Counted from the stretch's first letter, positions 27,801-42,425 are shown. The stretch is DNA of 64,000 bases from Felis catus (GCF_018350175.1 NC_058373.1:5332001-5396000); one strand, 5' to 3'. Program-made: numbers and translations. The notes: a model not told the origin generated them from the sequence alone.

Positions 27801-28119
27801 GAATATGCCACAGTGGCATATTCTGGAAAGAAAGAAACCAAAGCCAAACTGGCATCAGATTAATATCAGCAACCCTAGAGACTAGAAGGCAAAGAAGTGA
27901 TACCGTAAACAGGGATCATGGGTCCGGGGGGAAGAAAGCCCAGATCCACAGCTGTGAAGCAGGTCCAATGAACAGTCTGTGCAGATTGTAACAGAAAGTC
28001 AAGAAAAACAGGTCCCAAGCAGTGTAGAGAAGGAATAAGAAATGAAAATTTTTGAGAACAGTGAAGGACGCATATTATTTCTCAACAGAAAGAGAAAGGC
28101 ACTTAGAAATTCCATGGGA

Positions 28120-28349
28120 GGGGCGCCTGGGTGGCGCAGTCGGTTAAGCGTCCGACTTCAGCCAGGTCACGATCTCGCGGTCTGTGAGTTCGAGCCCCGC
28201 ATCAGGCTCTGGGCTGATGGCTCGGAGCCTGGAGCCTGTTTCCGATTCTGTGTCTCCCTCTCTCTCTGCCCCTCCCCCATTCATGCTCTGTCTCTCTCTG
28301 TCCCAAAAATAAATAAAAACGTTGAAAAAAAAAATTAAAAAAAAAAAAA
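28120..28349 (+). mobile_element. Young SINEC_Fc
   Basis: Perfect 15-bp TSD agaaattccatggga at 28105-28119 and 28350-28364. Confidence 0.94.
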
Positions 28350-28731
28350 AGAAATTCCATGGGAAAGATTATGGAAAGAGAGCCAAGGTCAAATATAAAA
28401 CAAAGGAAATTGTCACACGATTTTGAGTCATTGATAAAATGTACCAAAAAAATGATCCATTTGTCTAGATGCAGTAAACATTCTCCGGAGGGTTACACAG
28501 GAGTCAGGACTTTCTTAGTAGGGACGGAAACTTTGCTGACAACCTACAACGGTTAGAGGCAATGTACAGACTTCAACGTGTGGGGCGCAGGACAGGATGT
28601 GTTAATCTTGATGATATAAAAATATAAGTACAGTAAATAAAAGAAAGTACTTGGAATACTCGAGGTATTAATAACCTCCAAGGTAGAAGGTAGAGGGAGT
28701 CGCCAGAAGTTGTATCTAAAGTTAGAAAATA

Positions 28732-28944
28732 GGGGCGCCTAGCTGGCTCATTCGGTTGAGCAGAGTCCGACTTCGACTCAGGTCACGATCTCACAGTCTG
28801 TGAGTTCGAGCCCCACGTTGGGCTCTGTGCCAACAGCTCAGAACCTGGAACCTGCTTCGGATTCTGGGTCTCTCTCTCCCTCTACATGCTCTGCCTCTCC
28901 CTGTCTCAAAAATAAAAAAAATTAAAAAAATGTTTTTTAATAAA
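28732..28944 (+). mobile_element. Can-SINE
   Basis: Perfect TSD taaagttagaaaata at 28717-28731 and 28945-28959. Confidence 0.92.
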
Positions 28945-29180
28945 TAAAGTTAGAAAATAATCAATACATGGACCAATATTAATGTATAACTAGCCAAATC
29001 TGGGGCAAGGGAAAGTGAGAGGTAAAAATGAGATAAAGCTTTATCTTTCACAGTGGGGGTCAGCAGCTAAATTGTCAGGCAGTGGCTCTGGCTGGTGGGA
29101 TGACAGCAAGAGTGAGGGTTGCCTGTGGAGGTTGCCACCAGAAGAGCTAAAAGCAAAAGCTACTTAAAACATGACTGCCT

Positions 29181-29262
29181 GGGGCGCCTGGGTGGCTCAG
29201 TCCAAAGAGCTCCAAATCGGGGTTGTGAGTTCAAGCCCCACACTGGGGGTAGAGATTACTAG

Positions 29263-29305
<43 letters not shown>

Positions 29306-29381
29306 GAAAAGAAAAGAAAAGAAAAGAGGAAAGGGAAAGGGAAGAAAAAAAAGAACAACACAAAACATGATTGCCTTCCAG
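29181..29381 (+). mobile_element. Short Can-SINE with (GA)n / purine-rich tail
   Basis: TSD aaaacatga(c/t)tgcct. Confidence 0.8.
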
Positions 29382-29533
29382 AAGAGAAGAGGGTGGGACA
29401 GAGGAATGCTGCTCTTCATTCTAAACCTTTCTGTACTATATTTTATTTTTCCCACATGTGTGCCTTACTTTAATTCAAAAACTAGATAAAGCAATTAATA
29501 GGTGTATTTATTTTTTAAAGCATTAATAGCTGA

Positions 29534-29709
29534 GGGGCGCCTGGGTGGCTCAGCGAGTTTAGCGTCCAGCTCCATCTCGGCTCAGGTCACGATCTTGTGG
29601 TTTGTGGAATCGGGCCCCACCTCGGGCTCTGTGCTGCTGACAGCAGGGAGCCTGCTTGGGATTCTCTCCCTCCCTCTCCCTCTGCCCCTCACTGACTCAC
29701 GAGTGTCCA
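29534..29709 (+). mobile_element. Can-SINE truncated by an assembly gap
   Basis: Head and CT region, then Ns. Confidence 0.85.
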
Positions 29710-29908
29710 NNNNNNNNNNNNNNNNNNNNNNNNNNNNNNNNNNNNNNNNNNNNNNNNNNNNNNNNNNNNNNNNNNNNNNNNNNNNNNNNNNNNNNNNNNN
29801 NNNNNNNNNNNNNNNNNNNNNNNNNNNNNNNNNNNNNNNNNNNNNNNNNNNNNNNNNNNNNNNNNNNNNNNNNNNNNNNNNNNNNNNNNNNNNNNNNNNN
29901 NNNNNNNN
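29710..29908. other. Assembly gap
   Basis: N run. Confidence 1.
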
Positions 29909-30078
29909 CTGTAGGAAGGTGGTTTTCTCATTTCCTCATTTGTTCCTTCTGAACGTGCTTGTTCCTCAGGACCAAAGCTGCTTTTCAGGCTGATCTTCCC
30001 TTTGTGGATTCTTGCCTTCTAGTTTGGGCCTCTTTCGGTGGGTCAGGAAGAACAAGGAGTTGCAGATAAAATAATTGA

Positions 30079-30286
30079 TTTTTTTAATGTTTATTTATTT
30101 TGGAGAGAGACAGAAACAGAGTGCAAGCCAGGGAGGGGCAGAGAGAGGGAGACAGAACCTGAAGCAGGCTCAGGGCTCCGAGCTGTCAGCACAGAACCTG
30201 TCTCGGGGCTCGAACTGACAGACCCACAAGATCATGTCCTGAGCCAAAGTCAGATGCTTAAACGACTGAGCCACCCAGGTGCCCCC
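30079..30286 (-). mobile_element. Can-SINE
   Basis: Reverse-complement head ...ccacccaggtgcccc. Confidence 0.88.
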
Positions 30287-30637
30287 AAACTGCTAATATT
30301 TTAACATGTTTGTGTACAACCACTTATCATACTGTACATGTAATTTATATCACTTCTGTATCAGATATATAAGCATTTCTTAATTTTTCTTTTAAAGTAG
30401 TTTTTAGTAATATATATGTTGTCATATTGATAAAATGTATTTTTTTAAGTAGTCTTATTTAAGGACATCTTTTTCTGTTGTACTTAAGGATGCAGTAAAT
30501 GGTGTTTTAAATACAGCTTCAGCTATATCTCTGCACCTTCCATGTAAATTCCTAGATTACTAAATCAAACATTTTTCTGACATACTCAATTTCTCATTAG
30601 CTCTTACATGTTATTAAGAAAGTTGTGTTTCACTTTG

Positions 30638-30763
30638 CTTTCTTTTTTTTTTTTTCTTTAAATTTATTTATTTTTTTAATAACCTCTACACCTGGTGTGG
30701 GGCTCAAACTCACAACCCTGAGATCAAGAGTCACATGCTTTTCCAACTGAACCAGCCAGGTGC
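30638..30763 (-). mobile_element. Short old Can-SINE
   Basis: ctgagatcaagagtcacatgc...ccagccaggtgc. Confidence 0.7.
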
Positions 30764-31725
30764 TTTCCTCCCTTCCCCCCTTTCAAAGCTTACTTATTTT
30801 TCCTGCTTCTTAGCTATCCCCAGCACTAGGGCTGGCCCATGTCACCCAGCCCACCGATACCAGAGCGGTGGTCTGATCTGCAGTGCGACATTTCAGGGAT
30901 ACAAAATCACCTGAAGAAAGAAAAACTTGAATCATTGAGTATATATGACCAGAAGCCATCTGACATTTACAATGTAATTATTTGAAACTCTTAAAGTAGA
31001 GCTAAAGCTTTACAAAGTAACTGTTAATTCTGATTATAATCAGTGTCACAAGACTTCTTAAGTAGATTGTTATAATAAAGTTGTGTTCACAATGAAGACA
31101 TTAATAATTACAGCAGATTGGATTCGAAACCCAGGACCCAGCCCAGTGCGCTGCTCTCAGTCAGAAGGAGGAGGAGGGAAGGGTGTAGTCTCGTGCCCTG
31201 CTGTGCTTTTGTTTTACAGTTTGGGAAGGCTTCCTCTGTGAGGGTCACAAAAAATAGAGACTTAAATACTGGGATTGTAAGTGAGAAGTGCTTTCAGGAC
31301 AGGACCAGAGATAGTATTTATAAAAATGATTGTCCACATTTTTTTGTAACTGGATCAGTAATGCCCAGTTATCCTGATGTAGCACAGTGATACAAAGTGC
31401 TTAAAGTTTATATAAACTCTCTCTGATTTCTTTGCTCTAATGTAATGTTATAAGCTATAAATGCCACAGCCTAAAACGATAAGCTTTATTTTGCTGCTGG
31501 TTTTGGCCAATGCAGATCATAAAAAGATGAGGAAAAGTACATACAACCATTGAAATTTTAGAGTTCTACTCAGATATTCCCATTTTATGGAAACGGGTGT
31601 CTCTTTGTGCCATGGGTTTTCCTGTGGAAGAGATTACCTACCTCATTTATCCGGACTGTCACATAAATGACTTTTTCAGCCTCTCCTACTGGAGGCTTCT
31701 GACGTACCTATATTTACTAATCTAA

Positions 31726-31989
<264 letters not shown>

Positions 31990-32175
31990 TGAGTGGGCAG
32001 AAAATATATTGCCGCAAATTAAAAGCTCTTTTCCAAAGCTTATGGATACTAAATTTCTATATGCTGTCCTATGTGAACGTATTCTGTTCCTCTTAACTTG
32101 GAAAGAGATCTTAAAATTGAACCCAAGTAATGTAGTACCTGTCAAAGTGAATTCGATGGGTTGTCCGATCTCTGA

Positions 32176-32616
<441 letters not shown>

Positions 32617-32738
32617 TGAGTCTTCTGTTATGTGGCGTAAATTAATAAGCCAAAAGTTAATCCTGCTATGGAACTTTTTAAGTGCACTGATATAGCTCCG
32701 TTTATTTTCATTATTTAATCTCTAAATCGAAAGCTCAG

Positions 32739-32845
32739 GTATGGAAACCAATTTGATAATAAATTTCACATATTGAAAAAAAGAGAGAGACTCTAAATAA
32801 TAGAGATCAGACTAAGGGTAAATAAATAAATAAATAGATAAATAA

Positions 32846-32897
<52 letters not shown>
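32739..32897 (+). mobile_element. 37-bp felid L1 3' terminus + A7 + 37-nt extra segment + (TAAA)n tail, flanked by a 16-bp TSD
   Basis: gtatggaaaccaatttgataataaatttcacatattg. TSD taaat(c/t)gaaagctcag at 32723-32738 and 32898-32913. Confidence 0.8.

Positions 32898-32900
<3 letters not shown>
32820..32900. repeat. (TAAA)n microsatellite derived from a retrotransposon tail
   Basis: About 20 near-perfect units. Confidence 0.95.
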
Positions 32901-35280
32901 ATTGAAAGCTCAGAAAAACAAATGTAAGATGAAATACAGCCTTTAAGGTACATATAATACTTTGTTATTCAGACATACAGTATAATTTTAATTTTATACT
33001 TTTTCCTCTAATGCCAGACGTTAGGATGTGGATATTTATAATCTCTGCCACCAGCTGTCACTCGTTGATTGTGTGTCCATTATCTGCCCACTTTATGATG
33101 TTTGGCCATGTTCTGTACAGATGCCTTTGCCATGAGGAGCTAAGTTCCTTATGAAAAGACATTATGTTTTATGCTTCTTTGAACCTGGCCCTAGCACACT
33201 GCTGGTCTTTAGTTGAAAAAAACGTGCTGACCTGAGTTATTTCCATAGCTTCAGATCCTAATAGGATTGCTCCTGTAAAATTAGGCGTCCACATAGTTGA
33301 CTGATGAGTGTACATTACCTTCTGGACGCTTCCTTCATAAAATCCCATGATCAACACCTTCTCTCGTTTCCATTCCTGTTCCTGCCACTGTAGGTCATGA
33401 CAGCATTTCATCAACTCTGAGCCACCGTCTATGTTAAGACACTGCTATTTTATAGACAATTAAGGAAGAAAAAAAAATGTGCTAATTAAGTGGTGACATG
33501 GTGCTTTTATTGAAAGAATTGTTTTTTACTTATTTACATATAGATTTTTATCATTATACAATTCTCTGCATATATGAAAAATGCATAGAATCAAAGCAAG
33601 CTGATTTAGGTACTTGTAAAAGTTCATATTCAAAGCCTGACTCTTCGGAATCAGTTTCTGACTCAGTCGTCCATGTCTTTCGTTTGCCCTCGTGTCATTG
33701 AGAATGTTAGTGACACGGTCTTTTTTAGCATGGTCCACTCTTTTCACCAGTATTTTAATCAAAACCCGTGTCACCCATGCTGATTTGATGGTGGCGTTTC
33801 CCTGATGATGCCAGAGAGCATCAGCGGGCGGAGGCACATCTCAGAAGCACGAATGTGACCCTGCTCTGTCTGCTCTGGGGGACCTTCTGTAGGGCATGCG
33901 AAGCGCTTGGCTGTTGCTTGCAAGAAGGTACAGAACCGTGGCCATTTCCTCAAAGACAGATAGTTGTTTTATTAGTGGCAAATCTGTTCCCCGTTACCTG
34001 GAGCTTCTCTGCATCCACAGGCACTTGTCCTGTGCTCTCTGGTGGACATCTCGTGGGGCAGGTGAACTGCACACATGCTGACAGCCCATACAGCCATGAC
34101 CAGGCCTCACGTGTGCAGGCGGCAGTAGGCATCTGGCCGTCAGCACTTGTAAGCTGCACCTTGACCTCAGGAACGCCACAGCGTGGAAAAGTGTGTGTCT
34201 CAGAGTTGATGGAATACAGCATTTTGTTGGTAGGCTCTTAGCGTAGTTTCCTCCCTGGCCTCCTTAACTCCAGAGGCGAACATTCTGCACATTTTAATCT
34301 TCCACAAAGTTGGCCGATAACTCCAACATCTTTCTAGAAAAGGTACAGATTCTCTCAAGGGTCTGCATTTCTGCTTGCCAGTCCAACCTCGTCTTCTGTT
34401 AACCCTCCGTGATCCTGCTGGTCTGCCCCTTCTCCTCTCGACATAGGAATGATGTGAAAATCACAGATTTGAGATCTGCCCTTTCTTTCCTTTGCTCAAG
34501 TTGAATAGTAGGAATGGTCTCCTCCTCCCTTCCCTAGCCCCGTGCATCTATAAATCCTGCAGACCGAGCCTCTGCAGTGTCCCTGGATCCCCCTCTTCCG
34601 TCCGAGTGCACCGCCACACTGTGGCTCCCTGCGCCCTTGCCTGCCCCTGCGGTGGCTTCCTCCAGGCTCCCAGGTTCCACTCTTTCCCCCGCAGTTCATT
34701 TTCCATGCAGCAGCCAGCGCGATCTTCAAAATGACGGGCTTGTCCAGCTACAAGGCTGATGTGCCATCTGTCTGCAGAGGACTCTTAATGGCCCGCTTGT
34801 TCCAGTCCAAATACTTGCTTCACCCCACCTGCGGACGGACTGGAAGAAGAACGGGTTTGGGTTGGGGATGGAGTAAGAATTCAGTGACGGCCTCGGGTTG
34901 GATATGTGTGTCTAAAGTGCAGTGGAGAAGTCAGAGCCGGAAATGGAAATGTGGGCGTCCTCCGAAACAGGGAGCATCAGTGTTGCAGCTAGACAAGTCT
35001 TTGTTGTGAGAACAGTGGACGACAGCAAAGTGTGCTTCAGCTCTGAGACCCGCTGCACAGGTGCCCACCTCCCGTTTCCCCCGCCCCGTGTCCTGTGCTG
35101 TCCCCCACCGTCTGCCCAGATTCACGCACCTTTGCTGCTGGAATTGCATGATGGGCTCCTGTCCTCTGGACCTGTCTGCCGCCTCTGTTGGCACTAACTG
35201 CCTTTCAGAAAATTGGCCCGGGTGCCTGGTGCCCTGCAGTTAGCTGGCACTTGACAGACATGCGCTGAATGAGCGAATGA

Positions 35281-35481
<201 letters not shown>

Positions 35482-36750
35482 TAAATACGTGTTTTCTAAA
35501 AGCCTGTTTTAACGTAAAGCACCGCATGTCACTGAATTAGAATTTTGTGGTTTCTGGGTTGTGTCAGTGCCTCCTACCCCTGTCACACTGACGCTCAAGT
35601 GCCCAGAGCAGCCCCCGGTGTTTGTGATGTGCCAGGCACCTCTTAGGGGACACTGGTGAGCCCCCCGGGGAGTGCCAGTCCTTAGGCCTGGGAATAGGGC
35701 CCAGAGGAGGACCTTTGGGCCCAGGAGTTCCTGTTCTATTAAAGGCAAGTGCCCAAGGAAATCCAAATCTGCCACCATCGCACTCTGCTATCCCTGGCAG
35801 GCCACAATAACCTCGTTGTGCTTGGTTTCCTTATCTGCGGAAGGCACACGTTATCTGACAAACACGTGGAAAGATAAAATTCAGGAGTTTAAATGTTTGG
35901 GGAAAACTAACGTGTAATTGGAATGCTAGATAATCTCATCGTTACTGGAAAGAATCTGCCCAAGCGAGCTTGTTGTTAGCAGACGATCCCGAGGATGTGG
36001 CCTGTCACGTCGCCGCTCTCCTTGTGAACCTCATCACTGAGCTACCAGACAGGATTAACTGGGAGAAGATCGGCACGAGGAAGGTTTTGTTATAGGAGAT
36101 GCCAGTTCCTCTGCCCTCCTCCAGCATATTGCCATGCAGTGAGACACAAAAGATAAGCCAAGTTCAGTGTTTTTCCTGTTTCTGTAACAAATGGCTGGGG
36201 GTTCTTCTCAAGGCTAATGGAAAAGATTAGCAGGATGAGAAATGAGTGAGCCTGTGTTTCAAGTTCTGTCTCTCCTCATTCGTTTTTTATCCATTAACAA
36301 AATGCTGAAAAGTGGGATTTTTAAAAAATTCCTCTGCATGGTAATTATTCCATTAAGAGCCTTGCTTTGAATATTGGTAGGAACTTAACATTTGTTTAGT
36401 GTAGTAACTTGTCTGGAAGGGGATTCTTGCCCACATAAGACGGGCTGCTCTGTGGAAACAGCCCACAGTGTGGTGACGATCGCTCCCACTTACTGAGGGA
36501 CAGACGCTGTGCCAAGAGCTTTGCCTGTTTTGTATCATTCAATCCTCAGAACTACGCCCATTTCACAGCCTTTTTATGTCCAAGTCCCACAGCTAGGATG
36601 ACGGGAGGACAGCTTTGCCAGAGCCTCGCTGCCTCCCCGTGTGAACCAGTGTTGGACGGATGAGGAGGCCCGGGGATTAGGGCCCTTCCTGCCAGGCAGG
36701 AGGGTGGCTGGAGTGGCCAGGAAATACCTTCCTTCAGAAAATGGAGCTGG

Positions 36751-36950
36751 GGGGCACCTGGCGGGCTCAGTCGGTAGAGGCTGTGACTCTTAACCTCACA
36801 CTCTTAACCTCAGGGTCGTGAATTCAATCAAGCCTCACATTGGGCATGGAGCCTAGTTAAAACTGAAAGAAAGAGGAAGGGAGGGAGGGAGGAAAGGAGA
36901 AAGGGAAAGGGAGGGAGGAAGAGGAAGGCAGGGGAAGGAAAGGAAAGGAA
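36751..36950 (+). mobile_element. Short Can-SINE with purine-rich tail
   Basis: Head with internal duplication of actcttaacctca; imperfect TSD aatg(g/t)agctggg. Confidence 0.75.
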
Positions 36951-37405
36951 ATGTAGCTGGGATCCCTGTTGGCCTACAGAGAGGTTTTATGCTTTTTAGG
37001 TGCCTTAGGATGCCAGTGCTTGTGGAAATAGCCACCTTTTTTGCAAACTGGCGCTTTCATGCAGACCCATTTCCCGCATAGTATATGAAATGTTTACAAC
37101 TATAACGTAAAGAAGTGGTTTGTGACTTTAAAGAATATAAATGGGGCCCAGGGTTTTCTGACACTCGTTCACTGAGTAACCGTTCAAAGATGAGGTGCAG
37201 AACATAGTTGGTTATGTTTCTCTTCCATTGGGCGCTTTTTCCAGCACGTGTAAAATGGTAAATTGGTCTTATGTAGCACTCCCTACTTTTCGAAGAGCTT
37301 AACGGGATTAGCTGCCCGAAGGATCACAGGGACGAAGGCCATACACAACAGAGTATGAGCTAGACCTGACGTCTCTAGTTAAGTTCAGGAGCGTCACAAA
37401 CTTCT

Positions 37406-37515
37406 GGGGCTCCCGGCTGGCTCAGTCAGTAGAGCAAGTGACCCTTGATCTCAGGGTTGTGAGTTCAAGTCCCACATCGGGCGTAGCGTTTACTTTAAAA
37501 AAAAAAAAAAAAAAA
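37406..37515 (+). mobile_element. Short Can-SINE
   Basis: Head plus poly(A). Confidence 0.8.
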
Positions 37516-37595
37516 GGTATCTCAAGCTTTTTTAATGAATTCTGATCTTTTTGCTTTAAAAGTAAACTTCCACTGAGGACTTTGGGGCTCTGTGA

Positions 37596-38102
<507 letters not shown>

Positions 38103-38853
38103 TAATGGGGTGATGATTAAGGTTTGAGCCAAAACAGAAACGTTTGTTTCAGATTTTTTTAAATCTCTACTCCTAAATTGATTATCACCTCGGTTTTCTA
38201 GTCTGCATGAACATCTCCCGTTTTGACATTACCCTGGGTGGGGGGGGGATTTTTTTTTATCAGTGCTCTTCTTAAGGGACTTTTCCACCTAAAATATTAT
38301 AAATCATATACTGGCTGAGTAAACAAAGGGTTTTGTTTTTTATGACCATCAATACCTGCTATGCCACTTTTACTGCTACAGAACGTGCGGGCCTCCACCT
38401 GGCAGCCCTCCACGCTCCCAGTTCGGTTATACCTGGGGAGAGCCAATCTCCCCACCTTTGCAGGGTAGCAGAGAAGAGGCCACAGCAGGTGAACCCAAAG
38501 ATCATGTAAGCCAGGCCTCTAAGGGCTGTGTCTCCCCTCCCCCACACTTGCCTGGCCCCTGGGCTAGGATGCAGTGACTTTGGGGCGCTGTCTGCACGCC
38601 CGCAGGCAGTCGGGTCCTGGGTGATGATCTGTGCAGTGTCCTTATTCTTGGTAATTGCACTGGTCCTGACAGCGCCTTCTTCTGACAGCCTCTGCCTTTG
38701 CCTTGTGGGTAAGTAAGGTCCGGCGGGACCGTGACCTTCCCATCAGTCTGGAGAACCCGGCCCCCAGCTACCTGCACATTCTAACACAAAGGGCTTACAG
38801 AAAAGAGGGAACAAGTCCTCAGTAAACTTTTACAAGCTGTTGTGTTTTTCTTT

Positions 38854-39028
38854 TTTTTTTTTTTTTTGCATGTTCTAAAATCATTTATTTCTGCCAAGAC
38901 CATAGTTTCTTTTTTTTTTTTTAATATGAAATTTATTGACAAATTGGTTTCCATACAACACCCAGTGCTCATCCCAAAAGGTGCCCTCCTCAATACCCAT
39001 CACCCACCCTCTCCTCCCTCCCACCCCC
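38854..39028 (-). mobile_element. 5'-truncated felid L1 with a 42-nt 3' transduction, 17-bp TSD
   Basis: TSD ctgttgtgtttttcttt at 38837-38853 and 39029-39045; two poly(T) tracts bracket a unique 42-nt tag. Confidence 0.85.
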
Positions 39029-41139
39029 CTGTTGTGTTTTTCTTTGCAGTTTTTCTACCTCCTTTCCTTCTGGGTAATAAAAAACAAAACTGGGCTGGGG
39101 GAAGAGGAAGGAAGGCAAATGTTACCAAATTGTCATTTTCCTGTTAAGTCCATAAACAAGCATCTTGTACATGCTAATCCTTCTGCCAGGGTACAGAAGT
39201 TAAAGGCATTAGTAAATGTTACTTTAATTTTGTGGCTTTTAGTGCGCAAGTGACCAGCAGATGTTCTTTGGTGGGGACATTTTCGTACTTTCCTCGTTTA
39301 CTCCTCCGTTTGGGGAAATAGCCATTTCCTCAGGAGCTCGTGGAGTAGAAGGAGAATGTAAAAGGCATCTGGTCTAGACCCCTGGGGTTTATGACAAGGG
39401 GGAGGCTTGCGTGAGCCTCTCCCCAGCCCCGGGGCTCCAGGTCCCAGGTAGGGCTGGACTCTGGCTGGCCCACGCCTGCCCCGAGCACCCTCATTTCTGC
39501 ACGTCGCCCACGGAGATCCCTCACACATGATTATGATCTGACCATTCTTACTTGTTCGGACAGAGCACCCCATGTTTCAGTGTTCGTTGCCCTTGGCTCC
39601 CTTTCCAGTTTTCCCGACTTCTGTTTATAAGAGCGAGGCACTTTGCCCTGTGGGTTAGAGCTAATCTAAGAAGAAGCCGTAAAACTCACACTTACCCAAA
39701 AGCCAGTACCAATTTTGATGCTGGTTGTTAATTAGCCTGCGTGTTTACAATGGGAGTCTTTTCTAATCCCTACTGGCCAAAACCACGGAGTTTTGTAACT
39801 TTTTTTTTTTTTCCGCCCTTGTAGCAGCCTCGAACGTGTGCTTCATTCTCCTCGTTTGCGCTAAACTGCTGTGATGGTTTCCCAGTCTCCAGTCTGCTCA
39901 CCTGGCTGGGAGTCTGTGCAGCAACAGAATACAAGTGGCTCTTTGCCAGAGACCTTAAGTCCCCACCCCGCCCTCAGAGTTTTACATCTCCAGAATAACA
40001 CACAATGAACCGGTTGTGTTCCGGGCCCTCTGAGTGGGAGTAAAATGGATGGCCCGGGTGAAATGGAAACTGCTGTTGGCAGATTCATTCTGTAAATCAA
40101 CATAAACAGCAGGTTTTCGCTCAGGGCTTAATTTCTCAGCAGGAAATCAGCGTAGGGAAATTTAAGGCTGCTTCTCTGCCGGTGGAGCAGATCTTTGCCA
40201 GTTCTGCAGTAAAACTGCCCTCCAGCAAGAGTTTAAAAATGTGGAAAAACCACTCTTCACCCAGACCTACCAGAATGTCCTTAGACCCTGGCCCCCAAAT
40301 GCAGAGATAGGAGGCCACTTGGATACCCCGATGCCATGGAATTACCTCTGGGCATGGATTCAGCGTGGTGACAAGCCATGGAAAATGCCCGCACAGGGAG
40401 AGGCTTCTGCTGTTATCCTAGTAGAATGCTGGCTCGCTGACCCTTTCCTTTGGTTTCTTTGTGGGGAGAAAAAGAAAAGCTGATATCTTCGGGTCAGTGA
40501 GGGAAGTGAGGTGCGGGAAGGACTCTGTAATCGGCTGGGGCAGGGCTCCTGCCTGGTTCGAAAGGCAGCAAGCAGGAGGTAAGAGTGGGCTAGAGAGCCG
40601 GCTGCCGGTGACGTGGCCCCGACACGCACGCAGACCCGAGCGCCTCCCCGGGGAGCCACATCTGCAGCCTCCCGCTTGCGGGTCCGGCCAGGAGGAGGCC
40701 CCTCTGTGCTCTGCTCACAGCCCTGTGGGCAGGCACTCGCCCACGCAGCTACCTTTCTCTGAACTGGGCAGTCACAGTCATTCCAGAGTGTCTGTTGTCC
40801 GGGCATTTGGGACCTTAAGCCGAAGTATTCTCGCTTCCTTCACTTGGTCAGAATAGATTAAGGAATACGGATCTGGGCCGTGTCGTCCAGAGGGAAGGTT
40901 TGACGATCAGCGGTGAAAGGGGTGGGTGGGGGCAGGCACAGGAGGTCTGTCCATCTCAAGTCACAGAATTAAGAAACGTCTAAGACAAATACAAGGCAAG
41001 AGTGTGTGAAGGGCGGTAATCCTTCATTCCTCGAACTGTAACAGAAACTTCCTTACAGGGGCCCCTGCGGGCAGCAAACTCACAGACACGGAAGACCAAG
41101 GAAAATCATGGACTGATTATATAGGTCCGCGCAGGTTAA

Positions 41140-41385
<246 letters not shown>

Positions 41386-41507
41386 CAACCAAATCTCCAT
41401 GTACATAGATCTCCTTTCTCGTTTGTCAGCGTCTCACCATCTGTGAACATAAAGCTGTTAGTTTTGTTGTACCATTTGTAATTTTTACCCGTAACTATTA
41501 ATATTTA

Positions 41508-41547
41508 AATAAATGCTTGGGGTGACAGTTCTTATTTTTAAAATAAA
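41508..41547 (+). terminator. BLM: Two BLM polyadenylation signals (AATAAA at 41508-41513 and 41542-41547)
   Basis: Canonical hexamers 120-160 nt after the stop codon, with U-rich sequence downstream. Confidence 0.8.
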
Positions 41548-41946
41548 CGTTTTCTTTTGAATAAGCATGATTTGCCGCCACGGCAAGCCTTGTGGCCGTT
41601 GTTTCTCAGAACGTCTGAAGCAGCAGCTGAATCATCTCAGAGAGATTCTGAGCACGACATGAAAAACTGAGGCCGCAGGAAGAGACACGCGTGGGACACT
41701 GTGAAAGTGTGAAACTGCAGAAGGAGACATAAACAAAATTAAAAGACAAATGACAGAGAAAATAGGAAAAAAAATATATGACAATGTCAATAATACAGAG
41801 TGCCTATAAATCATGAAGAAGAAAAAAAGAGTCGGTAGAAAAAAATGAACAAAGGATGTGAGTAGGCTGTTCCCAGAGGAAATACAGTAGCCCACAAATA
41901 TGGGGAAAACACCTAATCTCCCCAGTTAAAAATACAAATTAAAACT

Positions 41947-42112
41947 GGGGCACCTGTGTGGCTCGGTTGAGCGCCCCAGCTCTTGATTTCGGCTCAGGTC
42001 ATGATCCCAGGTCTTGGGATCGAGCCCCACATCGGGGTCTGCGCTGAACGTGGAGCCTGCTTGAGATTCTCTCCCTCTGCCCACCCCTTCAAATGAAAGT
42101 AAATAAATAAAA
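41947..42112 (+). mobile_element. Can-SINE
   Basis: Head and A-rich tail. Confidence 0.8.
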
Positions 42113-42425
42113 TTTCAAAACATATAAGCTACATTGCCAACAGTGGAGAAGATCCCCAAATCTGGGGTCAACAAGAGAATGGTCATTTTTTGGCAGCTCT
42201 TTTCTGCCTGTAGGTCCTGTCCCTGTGCTTTAATAAAATCACCTCTTTGTACCAAAAAACAAAGAGAATCGCCTTTTTCCCCTGGCACAAAAAGTGGTTT
42301 TTTGGGATTGTTGAGAATGGTCAAACATTCTCTTGGTAAGAATATAGGAGCTGTTTATGTTTAATAGTAGGGAGACTTGACTTTTCAAGACCTTCCATTG
42401 ATAGGCTGAATGGTCAGAAAGTTGG

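Noticed and set aside
32820-32900. Possible CRISPR-like or regular repeat array
   Set aside because: Simple microsatellite with no spacers; eukaryotic context.
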